This document shows, in pieces, positions 20,322 to 29,772 of a stretch of DNA of 64,000 nt. The notes beneath the pieces were generated by a model. It worked only from the letters and a program-made list of their open reading frames with translations. It searched no databases and had not been told where the DNA came from. The first letter of the stretch is position 1. The number at the start of each line of letters is the position of its first letter. The position numbers and the translations under genes are program-made. Source of the stretch: a bacterium (lineage in GTDB: Bacteria > Armatimonadota > UBA5829); the NCBI GenBank assembly GCA_021371935.1, contig JAJFVF010000019.1, forward strand, positions 87,268 through 151,267, in the 5' to 3' direction.

Positions 20322-22247
20322 ATGTGCAAGAGGCGACGAGCCGTGTGCGTCGCACTTGCTCTTGCGGCTGTCATGATGATATCCGCGAGCGCAGCGTGGG
20401 GCGTATACGAAAGGGAGTATGCAGGTTCTGAGGACCTGTCTGCCGGACTTCAAAACAACATCAGTTATTATTCTTCTCAAGGCGGTCTTCGGCTCAACGA
20501 CTGTAAGATGCAAATCCCATTTTTGTGGGTTCCGAGTCATGCCGCGGATACCGTCACGCGCATAGACGCCAGGACGGGCTACGAGACCGCACGTTACCAG
20601 ATCGGACCGGCAAAGGGCGATTGGGATCCCTGCGCAGTGGCAGTCGATTCCAATGGCAATGCATATGTGGCGTGCATGGACCAGAGCTCGACCGGCAAAG
20701 TGGTGCGAATATCGGCATCCCGTGCCGATTCAAACCACGACGGCTATTCGGCCACATCCAGCGATGTGAATGGCGACGGCACGATCAGCGCATCCGAAAC
20801 GATGCCCTGGAAGACGGATGATTGTGTCGGACCGGTCTTTGAAGTCGGCGACAAGCATGCCATGCCGACGAGTATTGCCTTCGACAACAGCGGATTTTTA
20901 TGGGTCACGCTTAATGGCGATGCTCAGGCTGTAAAGATGGACCCCAAAACCGGTAAGGTTTTAGCCAAGGTCGATCTCGTAGGCAGGCCGACTTCCATAA
21001 TCGCGGGCAGCGGCAGCTCGATGTGGATTCTCAGCCGCGATCAGGGGATACTCTGCCAGGTCAACACAGTTGCATGTGCCCTTGTGGCCTCATACACACT
21101 CGACGACTGCGTTCCCGTAAGCATATGCAAGGGCGAGAACGGCAAGTTGTGGATATCCAACTTAAACGGCGGTATGATCGAGTTTGATGCTGAAAGCGGC
21201 ACATGGGCTACCTCTGAATCGGACGATGGCGGCTATTCCAGTATTGTGCTCGATAAGAACGGCGATCTTTGGGCTGCCTGCCCGGACACTGGGAATGTCA
21301 TATGTCTATCCGGCCAGGATTGCACAGTCATGGCGCGCATTCCGGTCGGAGGCGAACCAACAACGCTGAGCATGGATAACGACGGATATCTGTGGGTGAT
21401 GTGCAATGCCAACGGAAGCGTAGTCAAGATCAATGTCAACTCAGAAGAGAAGTTGAATGTTGTCAATATGGGAACATGGATACACTCGTCCACACCCTTC
21501 ACAGCCTGTTCCACCAAGAGTGGTGTTTGCCCGCAGGGCACATGGCGGCTGCTTGTAGACAGTGAGATTGAGGGAGCCGGGTGGGGCATAATCGACTGGA
21601 GCGTTCAAAACATCGGCGGTTCAGTCGATGTGCAGGTACGCACTGCGGACGACCCTGCGGTAATCAACTCTCGGGAATATGTGCCTGTTGCAAGTGGTGT
21701 AAAGTTTACAGTGCCCGAGGGACGGTATATGGAAGTAATGGTCACGTTCGACAGCAACGGTGATGCATCTCCCATTCTATATGGTCTGCATGTCGAGGGT
21801 GTGAACCTTGCCCCGAAGGTAGAAAATGCATGGCCGTCTGTGGCAAAGATTCTTAAGCGCGATCACACTTTGGAGCCTGTGAGCATCGAAGGTGTATACG
21901 ATCCCGAGGGCGATGATTTCGACATCGAGATCACCAAAGTCGAGCAGGACGAACCTGTAATCGGGCTTGGCAAGGACGACCTGGCGCCGGATGCGATCTG
22001 TCTGGACGGTTCGAGTGTATGGCTTCGCGGCGAGTGTGATCCGGGCATTGCGGACAGCGCGTCAGACGGACGAGTATACGTCGTGTCTTTCAGAGCAGTG
22101 GACGAATATGGCTCAGCATCGTCCGGCAAGGTCAAGGTAATGGTTCCGCCGGATGATAAAGAGAGTGCTGTCGAGGACCTTGCGAAATATGATTCTTTTA
22201 GTGAACCTGCCAAATTGCTATGTGCCAATATCAGTGGTGCCATATGA
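20322..22247 (+). CDS. Secreted beta-propeller (NHL/SMP-30-like) repeat protein
   Basis: Signal peptide MCKRRRAVCVALALAAVMMISASAAWG, then repeated D.NG..W/ L.V units. Confidence 0.6.
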   Translation: MCKRRRAVCVALALAAVMMISASAAWGVYEREYAGSEDLSAGLQNNISYYSSQGGLRLNDCKMQIPFLWVPSHAADTVTRIDARTGYETARYQIGPAKGDWDPCAVAVDSNGNAYVACMDQSSTGKVVRISASRADSNHDGYSATSSDVNGDGTISASETMPWKTDDCVGPVFEVGDKHAMPTSIAFDNSGFLWVTLNGDAQAVKMDPKTGKVLAKVDLVGRPTSIIAGSGSSMWILSRDQGILCQVNTVACALVASYTLDDCVPVSICKGENGKLWISNLNGGMIEFDAESGTWATSESDDGGYSSIVLDKNGDLWAACPDTGNVICLSGQDCTVMARIPVGGEPTTLSMDNDGYLWVMCNANGSVVKINVNSEEKLNVVNMGTWIHSSTPFTACSTKSGVCPQGTWRLLVDSEIEGAGWGIIDWSVQNIGGSVDVQVRTADDPAVINSREYVPVASGVKFTVPEGRYMEVMVTFDSNGDASPILYGLHVEGVNLAPKVENAWPSVAKILKRDHTLEPVSIEGVYDPEGDDFDIEITKVEQDEPVIGLGKDDLAPDAICLDGSSVWLRGECDPGIADSASDGRVYVVSFRAVDEYGSASSGKVKVMVPPDDKESAVEDLAKYDSFSEPAKLLCANISGAI

Positions 22248-22290
22248 ATGTGAATCTCTTGTTTTTGCGAATATTTGCATACCCGTCATA

Positions 22291-22314
22291 TGACGGGTAT
22301 GCTCCTCCTCAAAT
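22291..22314 (+). repeat. Perfect 24-nt palindrome CATACCCGTCATATGACGGGTATG
   Basis: Read directly from the sequence. Downstream of the beta-propeller gene. Confidence 0.6.
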
Positions 22315-22341
22315 ACTGATCGAAGTTGCTCCAGGTGCAGT

Positions 22342-22371
22342 GTTCGGGCGCGATATCTGATCGCGCCCGAA
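22342..22371 (+). repeat. Hairpin repeat TTCGGGCGCGATATCTGATCGCGCCCGAA (copy 2 of 2)
   Basis: Same as 3317-3346 with two loop substitutions. Confidence 0.6.
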
Positions 22372-22432
22372 AAAGAATCTCGCAAAAAAAGATTGCGCCA
22401 ATCCATTCGCAAACAGTAAGCGTTTCAATTAC

Positions 22433-22507
22433 ACCCGCATTATTCACGAGGAACGTGAATAATGCTCTCAGAGACCCGGATGATGCGGTAAGCGCATAAT
22501 CCGGGTA
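22433..22507 (+). repeat. ~75-80 bp double-hairpin element, forward orientation
   Basis: ACCCGCATTATTCACGAGGAACGTGAATAATGC (hairpin 1), then CCCGGATGATGCGGTAAGCGCATAATCCGGG (hairpin 2). Confidence 0.8.
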
Positions 22508-22724
22508 CAGTCATTCCGAGCTTGTAATCCGAATTGCAGAGTTTTATTCGTAAAGATGTAGCTGCGATTCGGATTAGCGAGGAACCTGCTTTTGAGCGCA
22601 ATAAACTACTCCTCATAGGTAATCATCAAACACGAGCAGTTGCCCCATGATTATGTGTTTGACACTCCAGGTTTCTGCGTGCTAGACTACGGGAAAACCT
22701 TGTCAATGTCGTGGGGTTAAAAAT

Positions 22725-23258
22725 TTGACTATCGAAGTGGATATGAGGCAGATGCGCCGTGAAGACGTGCCCAGGGTCATGGAGATCGAGCGGGAATGTT
22801 TTCCGGTTCCATGGCATGAGAGCGCTTATCTCACCGAGCTTGCCAACCGCAGCGCATATTATGTCGTGGCATGCAAAGGCTCCGAGATCGTGGGCTATGC
22901 CGGGATGTGGGTCATTATGGATGAGGCTCATATCACCACTCTCGGGGTTGCCCGCGCCAGTCGAGGTGAAAAGATAGGCGAGCGGCTGCTGATAGCTCTG
23001 CTTGATGAGTCGCTAAAGCGCAAGTGCAGGCGTGCGACATTGGAAGTCCGCCAGAGCAATGAGGTTGCCCAGAACCTTTATCGCAAGTACGAGTTTATTC
23101 CCGCTGCGGTCAGGCGCGGATATTACACGGATAACCAGGAGAATGCCGTAGTTATGTGGATCGATGATATGGTCTGTCAGTCCTGGCAAAAGAAATACCG
23201 TGCCTTAAAAGAGCAATTGGACAAGGAGTCCGCGACCTGTGCGGAGGATGTAGTTTGA
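22725..23258 (+). CDS. rimI: Ribosomal-protein-alanine N-acetyltransferase RimI
   Basis: GNAT motifs. Classic rimI-tsaD adjacency with a 4-nt overlap. Confidence 0.75.
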   Translation: MTIEVDMRQMRREDVPRVMEIERECFPVPWHESAYLTELANRSAYYVVACKGSEIVGYAGMWVIMDEAHITTLGVARASRGEKIGERLLIALLDESLKRKCRRATLEVRQSNEVAQNLYRKYEFIPAAVRRGYYTDNQENAVVMWIDDMVCQSWQKKYRALKEQLDKESATCAEDVV

Positions 23259-24259
23259 GAGTATTAGGTATCGAGACAAGCTGTGATGAGACCAGCGCGG
23301 CGGTGGTCGATGACGGCGTCAACATAGTTTCCAACATAATCGCGTCGCAGATAGATATTCATGCCCGTTTCGGCGGTGTAGTGCCGGAGGTCGCTTCTCG
23401 CAGGCATGTCGAGTTGATTATGCCGACCGTCCAGCAGGCTCTGGACGAGGCCGGATGCACTCTGGCCGATATCGACTGCATAGGCGTCATCAATAGACCC
23501 GGCCTGATCGGTGCATTGATCGTAGGTGTTGCTTCGGCAAAGACCATTGCATATGCCGCGAATATACCTTTGGTTGCCGTCCACCACATCGAGGCCCACC
23601 TGTATGCGAACTGGCTCACGGGTGCGCACATCGAGTTTCCTTTGGTATGCCTGGTAGTATCCGGCGGCCACTCGGATTTGATATATATGACCGATCATGG
23701 CCAGTATGAGATTCTGGCAAGGACTCGGGACGATGCGGCGGGCGAATGTTTCGACAAATGCGCGCGCGCAATGGGTCTGGGCTATCCGGGCGGTCCCGAG
23801 ATAGACAAGCTTGCAAAGACAGGCAATCCGCATTCGGTGCAGTTTCCGCGGGCAAAGGTCGGCGACACGCTTGATTTCAGCTTCAGCGGACTGAAGACGG
23901 CCGTCATTCGATATGTCGAAGGCTTTGAGGGCAAGCCACCGACTCCCGATCTTGCCGCCAGTTTTCAGGCAGCGATAGTGGACGTGCTGGTCGATCACAC
24001 GTTCCGCGCCGCTCATGATAGAGGTGTCAGACAGGTGCTGATGGCAGGCGGAGTCGCCGCCAACAGCAGCCTTCAGGCTGCAATGAAACAGCGCGGCGAG
24101 GAGCTTGATATAGCGGTCAGTGCTCCACCGCCGGTGTTGTGCACTGACAACGCCGCCATGGCCGCCTCAGCCGCTTTTTTTGCCAGGCAGAGAGGCGAGT
24201 CCGCCGGTCTAGACCTGGATTCATTTGCGTCTGAGCCACTCGGCAAGCGAGCGATATGA
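23255..24259 (+). CDS. tsaD: tRNA N6-adenosine threonylcarbamoyltransferase TsaD
   Basis: MRVLGIETSCDETSAAVV, HHIEAHL and GGVAAN motifs. TTG start with GGAGGA Shine-Dalgarno. Confidence 0.85.
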   Translation: MRVLGIETSCDETSAAVVDDGVNIVSNIIASQIDIHARFGGVVPEVASRRHVELIMPTVQQALDEAGCTLADIDCIGVINRPGLIGALIVGVASAKTIAYAANIPLVAVHHIEAHLYANWLTGAHIEFPLVCLVVSGGHSDLIYMTDHGQYEILARTRDDAAGECFDKCARAMGLGYPGGPEIDKLAKTGNPHSVQFPRAKVGDTLDFSFSGLKTAVIRYVEGFEGKPPTPDLAASFQAAIVDVLVDHTFRAAHDRGVRQVLMAGGVAANSSLQAAMKQRGEELDIAVSAPPPVLCTDNAAMAASAAFFARQRGESAGLDLDSFASEPLGKRAI

Positions 24260-24324
24260 GGGGATTCAGCCATCTGGGAATTCCTGTGATGGTTTGGCTT
24301 TTCACTACACAATAATATCCTGAT

Positions 24325-24349
24325 GGGAGGGCGAGGCTCCCGCCGAGCC
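24325..24349 (+). repeat. GGGAGGGCGAGGCTCCCGCCGAGCC motif
   Basis: Between tsaD and tRNA-Ala. Confidence 0.55.
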
Positions 24350-24395
24350 TTATTTGCTCTTATAGAACTGATCTGTATCAGCGGTATGATTTATG

Positions 24396-24425
24396 TTGCA
24401 AAGATTTTTGCGAGCATGGTATAAT
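24396..24425 (+). promoter_or_regulatory. Sigma70-like promoter for tRNA-Ala (TTGCAA-18-TATAAT)
   Basis: Consensus -10 about 18 nt upstream of the tRNA 5' end. Confidence 0.5.
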
Positions 24426-24443
24426 ATCGGCGTCGAACAAAGT

Positions 24444-24519
24444 GGGGCTGTAGTTCAGTTGGGAGAACACTACACTGGCAGTGTAGATGTCAGGGGTTCG
24501 AGTCCCCTCAGCTCCACCA
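24444..24519 (+). tRNA. tRNA-Ala(GGC), CCA encoded
   Basis: Acceptor GGGGCUG/CAGCUCC with the G3:U70 alanine identity pair. Anticodon loop CUGGCAG. T-loop GGTTCGAGTCC. Confidence 0.8.
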
Positions 24520-24550
24520 TCTTCCCATTTTCCACGAACAGGCGAGACAA

Positions 24551-25249
24551 GTGAGCCGTCATCTATTTGCCCGACCATTTTATACAATACTCCTGGCGAC
24601 AGCGATGCTGTGTATCTCATGCGCCTGCGGGGCATCTGAAAACAAGGCGGCGAGTCCTGATGTGCTGATCCTGATTTTAAGCGGAATGAGCACGTATGAC
24701 AGCGTCTCGATCAACTATGCCACGCAGGTCTCGGATAAGGACGTGGATGCCGACATCAAGAATCTCATTAATGCAACCCACTGGCGTGCCCAGGATGCCG
24801 AGCAGACGACCGATACTGCGAACGTTCCCGGCGCAAAGCCTTCCACTTCCGTCAGTTTCAAGATGCCGCGACTGACGGCCATCAGCCAGGGTATACTTCC
24901 CATAGAGCCCTTTATCGATGTATATAAGAGGTTCAGGGTCATCCGCATCAATTATCTGATACAGTCGCCGTTCCAGTTTGCCGGGCTTAAGGATTTCGAG
25001 AACGATTTTGTCAAGGTCTCGCTGAAGGCGATGGGCAATTCATATCAGTACACGGTTTTCGTCAAGAACAGCGATTTTGACAGAGCCGGTCTCCCGATGC
25101 AGTCCGTGACAAAACCTGTGGCTGGTACTTCCGCCGGCATTTCCGCATCCATGCGAATAATCCTCATTGTTGGAATCGCATTGCTGGTGTCTATATTTGT
25201 GTATTTCATGGCAGCATATATATGTAGGCGTCGAAGGACAGGCGAGTGA
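24551..25249 (+). CDS. Hypothetical lipoprotein-like protein with C-terminal TM anchor
   Basis: N-terminal hydrophobic segment ending in Cys-rich ISCACG, then C-terminal helix IILIVGIALLVSIFVYF followed by RRRR. Confidence 0.5.
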   Translation: MSRHLFARPFYTILLATAMLCISCACGASENKAASPDVLILILSGMSTYDSVSINYATQVSDKDVDADIKNLINATHWRAQDAEQTTDTANVPGAKPSTSVSFKMPRLTAISQGILPIEPFIDVYKRFRVIRINYLIQSPFQFAGLKDFENDFVKVSLKAMGNSYQYTVFVKNSDFDRAGLPMQSVTKPVAGTSAGISASMRIILIVGIALLVSIFVYFMAAYICRRRRTGE

Positions 25250-25259
25250 GGAAGAAAGC

Positions 25260-26324
25260 ATGGAATTAAAGGAAATAGCTGCAAAAGCGGCGCAGTCAGG
25301 CGCCTCTGACATATTTCTGAAAGTCGGCTCGCCGCCGATGATGCGTCTCAACAGCGTTGTGGTCCCGCTCGATTCATATCCTGAACTGAAGGGTCAGGAC
25401 ACTGAAGCGCTTGCATACGGCATAATGACGCACGAGCAGATCGGTCGTTTCGAGCGCAGACATGAACTCGACCTCGCGTTTACAATAGACGATGTCGCAA
25501 GGTTCAGGGCGAATGTATATTACCAGCGCGGCACAATCGGCATGGTGCTGCGCATTGTGCCTCTCCAGATTCTTGGATTGAATGAGCTTGGCCTACCGGA
25601 GGGTATCAAGTCTCTTGCCGAGCAGAGGCAGGGACTTGTGCTTGTGACGGGTCCAACCGGCTGCGGTAAGTCCACGACCCTTGCTGCGGTGATTGACATC
25701 ATCAACTCCACTCGCAAGTGCAATATCATCACTGTCGAGGACCCGATTGAGTTCGTGCATCAGGACAAGCAGTCAATCGTCAGCCAGCGCGAGATCGGCA
25801 TCGATACCGATTCGTTCACCGATGCGCTCAAATATGTCGTCAGGCAGAGCCCGGACGTGATCCTGGTCGGCGAGATGCGTGATGTAGAGACTATGAACGT
25901 TGCTCTGGCAGCAGCGGAGACGGGTCACCTCGTATTTTCGACAGTCCACACATGCAGCGCTGCAGAGACGCTCGATAGAATAATGAATATGTTTCCTCCT
26001 CATGACAAACTGATGGTGTGTATGCGTCTGTCTGTATCACTGAAGGGTGTAGTTTCTCAAAAACTGATTCCGAGGATGGATAAAACCGGGCGGATAGCAG
26101 CCGTAGAAGTAATGATTGCAAACCCGACTATAAGCAAGCTGCTTGAGGAAGGGCGTTCATCACAAATATACCAGGCCATTTCCGAGGGTGAATATTGGGG
26201 TATGCAGACTATGAACCAGTGTCTTGACCGCTATTGCAAGGCCGGAATCATATCTGAAGATGAGGCTCTTGCAAGCGCTGGCAACTACACCGAACTCAAG
26301 CAGATGCTCCGACGAGCCCTCTGA
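25260..26324 (+). CDS. pilT: Type IV pilus twitching-motility ATPase PilT
   Basis: Walker A GPTGCGKST, and Asp box/His box of the PilT/GspE family. GAGGAAG Shine-Dalgarno. Confidence 0.8.
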   Translation: MELKEIAAKAAQSGASDIFLKVGSPPMMRLNSVVVPLDSYPELKGQDTEALAYGIMTHEQIGRFERRHELDLAFTIDDVARFRANVYYQRGTIGMVLRIVPLQILGLNELGLPEGIKSLAEQRQGLVLVTGPTGCGKSTTLAAVIDIINSTRKCNIITVEDPIEFVHQDKQSIVSQREIGIDTDSFTDALKYVVRQSPDVILVGEMRDVETMNVALAAAETGHLVFSTVHTCSAAETLDRIMNMFPPHDKLMVCMRLSVSLKGVVSQKLIPRMDKTGRIAAVEVMIANPTISKLLEEGRSSQIYQAISEGEYWGMQTMNQCLDRYCKAGIISEDEALASAGNYTELKQMLRRAL

Positions 26325-26325
26325 T

Positions 26326-26357
26326 TTAGTATTGAGTATATTGTATTGATTATTTGT
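26326..26357 (+). repeat. AT-rich post-stop motif TTTAGTATTGAGTATATTGTATTGATTATTTG
   Basis: Immediately after the pilT stop. Near-identical 35-mer after ilvN at 48985-49017. Related copy after rel at 7291-7325. Confidence 0.55.
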
Positions 26358-26397
26358 CTGTGAAGCGAAGCCGCATCGTGTCATTATAAATTGTACC

Positions 26398-26422
26398 GGG
26401 AGGGCGAGGCTCCTGCCGAGCC
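26398..26422 (+). repeat. GGGAGGGCGAGGCTCCTGCCGAGCC motif
   Basis: Between convergent pilT and alr. Confidence 0.55.
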
Positions 26423-26468
26423 ATAAACTGCTGTTCAACAGAACTCTTCCAATATCAGCCTGCGGCAG

Positions 26469-27581
26469 CTAAACGTATTCCCGTGGTATGAGCGCGCTGG
26501 TCGGTATTCTCATAGCTGGGATCGTCACTTCGTCGCTGACTTTTGCGTCGGGAATGTCGGTAATATCGATCACAATCATCTGCATCGCCACTCGTCCGAG
26601 CACCGGTGCTTTATGACCGTTTATCTCGACAGTTAGCCTTCGTCTCATCTTCTTCATGGCGAATTTAAGCACACTCTGCCTGTATATGGGTCCTTCGGCA
26701 GCAAGTGTGAAACCGTCCGCATAGCCGACCGGTATCACAGCCGTCCTGGTGAGACGTTTGGTAATAAACTCGCCTCCATAACCGACCGGCGATTCGGGCT
26801 GCAGTTCTTTGATCTCACATATTCTGGCCTTGAGCTTCCATGTCGGCTTGAGATCGAGACGGTGAGGGACAAAACGGGAGGGATACTGTCCGTAGAGCAG
26901 TGTGCCTGGCCGCACCATGCCCAGGTGCGATTTTGGGAGCCTGAGTATTGCTGCACTGTTTGCCGCATGCGCGGTTCCGCAGTCTATTCCGAGAGTATCG
27001 AGCCTTTCGAGAAGCTGTTTGAACCTGTCGAGCTGATGCTGGGTATCGGCTATAGACTTATCTGCAGCAGTAGCAAAATGTGTATATATCCCTGCAATTT
27101 GGATGTTTGCCAGACCATGGACTTCCTGAACCAGCCGCACTGCCTGTTCATGCGACACACCGAGCCTACCCATTCCGGTATCGACTTTTATGTGCACACG
27201 TGCATTAGTGCCCAACCGCACGGCTGCTTCTGATATTTTCCTGGCCAGAGCTATGTCCGAGACAGTCATATCCAGCCCGGCATTTATTGCCACATCCGCG
27301 TTTTCAGCCTGTATAGGGGCAAAGAGCAATATAGGTGCGTTTATGCCGCCATCGCGTAGGATCATTGCCTCATCGAGGCGTGTGACAGCCAGCGCATCGG
27401 CTCCGGCTTCAATAAACGCCCGCGCAGGCTCCACATATCCATGCCCGAACCCGTTGCTTTTCACCACGGCCATAACCTTTACGCTGCCGACAGTTCTCTT
27501 TATCTGTTCAAAATTATGCTTGAGTGCCGAAATATCGACCTCAACCCACAAGTCATGTGTTATGGTTTTACTCATTAACAT
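26469..27581 (-). CDS. alr: Alanine racemase
   Basis: PLP-binding AVVKSNGFGHG (Lys) motif and C-terminal beta domain. Confidence 0.8.
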   Translation of the reverse strand: MLMSKTITHDLWVEVDISALKHNFEQIKRTVGSVKVMAVVKSNGFGHGYVEPARAFIEAGADALAVTRLDEAMILRDGGINAPILLFAPIQAENADVAINAGLDMTVSDIALARKISEAAVRLGTNARVHIKVDTGMGRLGVSHEQAVRLVQEVHGLANIQIAGIYTHFATAADKSIADTQHQLDRFKQLLERLDTLGIDCGTAHAANSAAILRLPKSHLGMVRPGTLLYGQYPSRFVPHRLDLKPTWKLKARICEIKELQPESPVGYGGEFITKRLTRTAVIPVGYADGFTLAAEGPIYRQSVLKFAMKKMRRRLTVEINGHKAPVLGRVAMQMIVIDITDIPDAKVSDEVTIPAMRIPTSALIPREYV

Positions 27582-28591
27582 CTATCAAGTGCTCGCTGTA
27601 AAATACTAAATGCTAACCGACCGCTCAACTCACGATACTCAGGCTCGTCCTTGACCAGGAGTTTGTAATTTTGCACCGTGTCATTAAGGCAAGTGTGTAG
27701 GTTGCCATTTACAAGATACTCTCGGTATCCCCAGATATTCTTGAGCATGTAATTTGTGGCAAGCGAATAGAATGCATCGATCTCCGTCGGGTGAAGCGGA
27801 TTGATCTGATGGTAGCCCGAGAGAAACTGTATACAATAACTGCTGTTTGCATTGAATGTGAGCATGCAGGTTTTGACGATATCACACATACGCGGAGCGT
27901 AACGGAATGTATCCAGGTCAATCAATCCTGCAAACTGCCCATCTGAAGTATACACAATATTACCCCAATTCAAGTCGCCATGTACCAACTGACACTCTGC
28001 ATAAAGTGGAGCCAAAAGGTCTGAGCTTTCTTTTCTGCTCACCAATACAGCGTATTTATATTTCAGATCGTTGTGCACTGCCTGGTCGTATTTGCTTTTC
28101 TCGTTTTTTGCATCAACAACCGCGATCAGTCGCTTGATATCGTTGATGGTATCAACATCGTATGTGTATTCACTTTTCGGTAAGGGCAGTAGCTCATTAA
28201 AACCAGCCAAAACCTGATGTATCTTTGCAAGCAGCCTGCCAAGGGACTGGGCATCATCAATCGAAAGCTGCCTATCCCGTGCTGCCACGCCATCTATCCA
28301 GTTGCATAGGACGTAAGAATTCCCTGCTTGCCGAAGGAATGATTTGCCGTTAACAGTCTCAATAGGATATGTTACATGAATACCGTTTTCTTTTAGCAAA
28401 TGTGTTAAGCGACAATAAGACGAGAGCCTCTCATCTTTCAAATCTCTTGTTTGTCGCAAGCCGAAGTCTTGATTATTCGCTCGAAGTCTCCAAACTCTTG
28501 ACTGGCTTCCATAGTGCTCTGACACGATGCGAAAATCCCGGATTCCGTAACCCTCTCTAAGAACGTCAACTATAAGTGACTCAACCGTCAT
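27575..28591 (-). CDS. Aminoglycoside-phosphotransferase-fold kinase (APH/CotS-like)
   Basis: HGDLNWGNIVY catalytic loop and IDLD motif. Start moved to MTVESLIV, which removes a 130-nt overlap with the rhaT-family gene. Confidence 0.6.
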   Translation of the reverse strand: MTVESLIVDVLREGYGIRDFRIVSEHYGSQSRVWRLRANNQDFGLRQTRDLKDERLSSYCRLTHLLKENGIHVTYPIETVNGKSFLRQAGNSYVLCNWIDGVAARDRQLSIDDAQSLGRLLAKIHQVLAGFNELLPLPKSEYTYDVDTINDIKRLIAVVDAKNEKSKYDQAVHNDLKYKYAVLVSRKESSDLLAPLYAECQLVHGDLNWGNIVYTSDGQFAGLIDLDTFRYAPRMCDIVKTCMLTFNANSSYCIQFLSGYHQINPLHPTEIDAFYSLATNYMLKNIWGYREYLVNGNLHTCLNDTVQNYKLLVKDEPEYRELSGRLAFSILQRALDRC

Positions 28592-28701
28592 AAGCTTACT
28601 CTCATTCTCTATCTTTTGCCGAAGACTGATAGCCGGGCATATTTCTGCCCCCGGACGATCCGAGCGTATCTTACTCAGCGATTGCACGACTAGCTCATTT
28701 A

Positions 28702-29736
28702 TTATAGCAGGGAATTGCCGTATGCCATAATCAGCGTAGCAATTATAAGTGTGGCTATTGCTGCTTGCATCATCTTGACGGGCTTTCCGTGGATACCTTT
28801 CCATTCGCCACTGACGAACCCCAGACTCTGGCATCCCAGCATCTGCAGGGCCTGCTGTATGCCAAACCCGACGGAAGCGCCCATCGCTCCCAGCATGAGC
28901 ATTCCCTTACCCATCAGCACGACCGTAATAACGAGGGTTACTCCGATACATGAGGCCAGTAAAAAGTCTCCAGTGTTGTCGACCAATATATGCCAGCTTT
29001 TATGCTTGGTCATCAAGTATGCGGGGTAGAGTATGTTTACCAGTGCGCCGCCCATCAGCCCGATTGCCCATACACCGAATGTGGCGGGTGTGCTGGCCGC
29101 CCCCTGTGCTTTCAGCGCTTCGACAACCGGTCCCTGGCTGTAGACAAAAGCAAAGCTAAGCCCGCACGATAGAATGCCTGCAATAGAGGTCAAGATCAGC
29201 CAGATGAGAAAGTTTCCCTGAGTTTTGTGTTGTTTGTTCAAGATATGGTCGCGCCCGAAACCGGCGGCTGAACTCAGTGCCACTCCGATCAGCATGACCG
29301 CTACACCGACCAATACGATGCGGCCTGCTGGAGACCATATTGCGGGAGCCTTGCTAAAGAGGCCTGTACCTTTTATGAGCATAGGCATTGTCACTCCGAC
29401 TGAAACGCCGAGCCCGGCCAGTACAGCGCCCGTAAGCGCCACACCGATGCGCACGTAGCACAGGCAGCAAAGCACATTGGCGATTCCCCAGCAGAGCGCA
29501 AAAATGTTGGACTTAATCAGGATAGATTGCTCCACGCTCCTGTATGCGGCGAATGCATGCGGGCAGAATGCCAGAGTAATAGTCCATGGGAATACTACCA
29601 ACCCAAGAAACTCACCGACAAATAACCAGTGCTCGAACTCGTATTTTCTTAGGACCTTTATAGGCCATGCGCTTGTGCCGATAAGAAATCCCGCAAGCGC
29701 CACAACTAATGCTCCAAACAGTGTTGATGAACTCAT
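28702..29736 (-). CDS. RhaT-family sugar:H+ symporter-like membrane protein (10 TM)
   Basis: Ten hydrophobic helices. Overall pattern resembles the L-rhamnose-proton symporter family. Confidence 0.55.
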   Translation of the reverse strand: MSSSTLFGALVVALAGFLIGTSAWPIKVLRKYEFEHWLFVGEFLGLVVFPWTITLAFCPHAFAAYRSVEQSILIKSNIFALCWGIANVLCCLCYVRIGVALTGAVLAGLGVSVGVTMPMLIKGTGLFSKAPAIWSPAGRIVLVGVAVMLIGVALSSAAGFGRDHILNKQHKTQGNFLIWLILTSIAGILSCGLSFAFVYSQGPVVEALKAQGAASTPATFGVWAIGLMGGALVNILYPAYLMTKHKSWHILVDNTGDFLLASCIGVTLVITVVLMGKGMLMLGAMGASVGFGIQQALQMLGCQSLGFVSGEWKGIHGKPVKMMQAAIATLIIATLIMAYGNSLL

Positions 29737-29772
29737 ACTATCCCTAATGATTAACTTGCATAGCTTGGAGCA

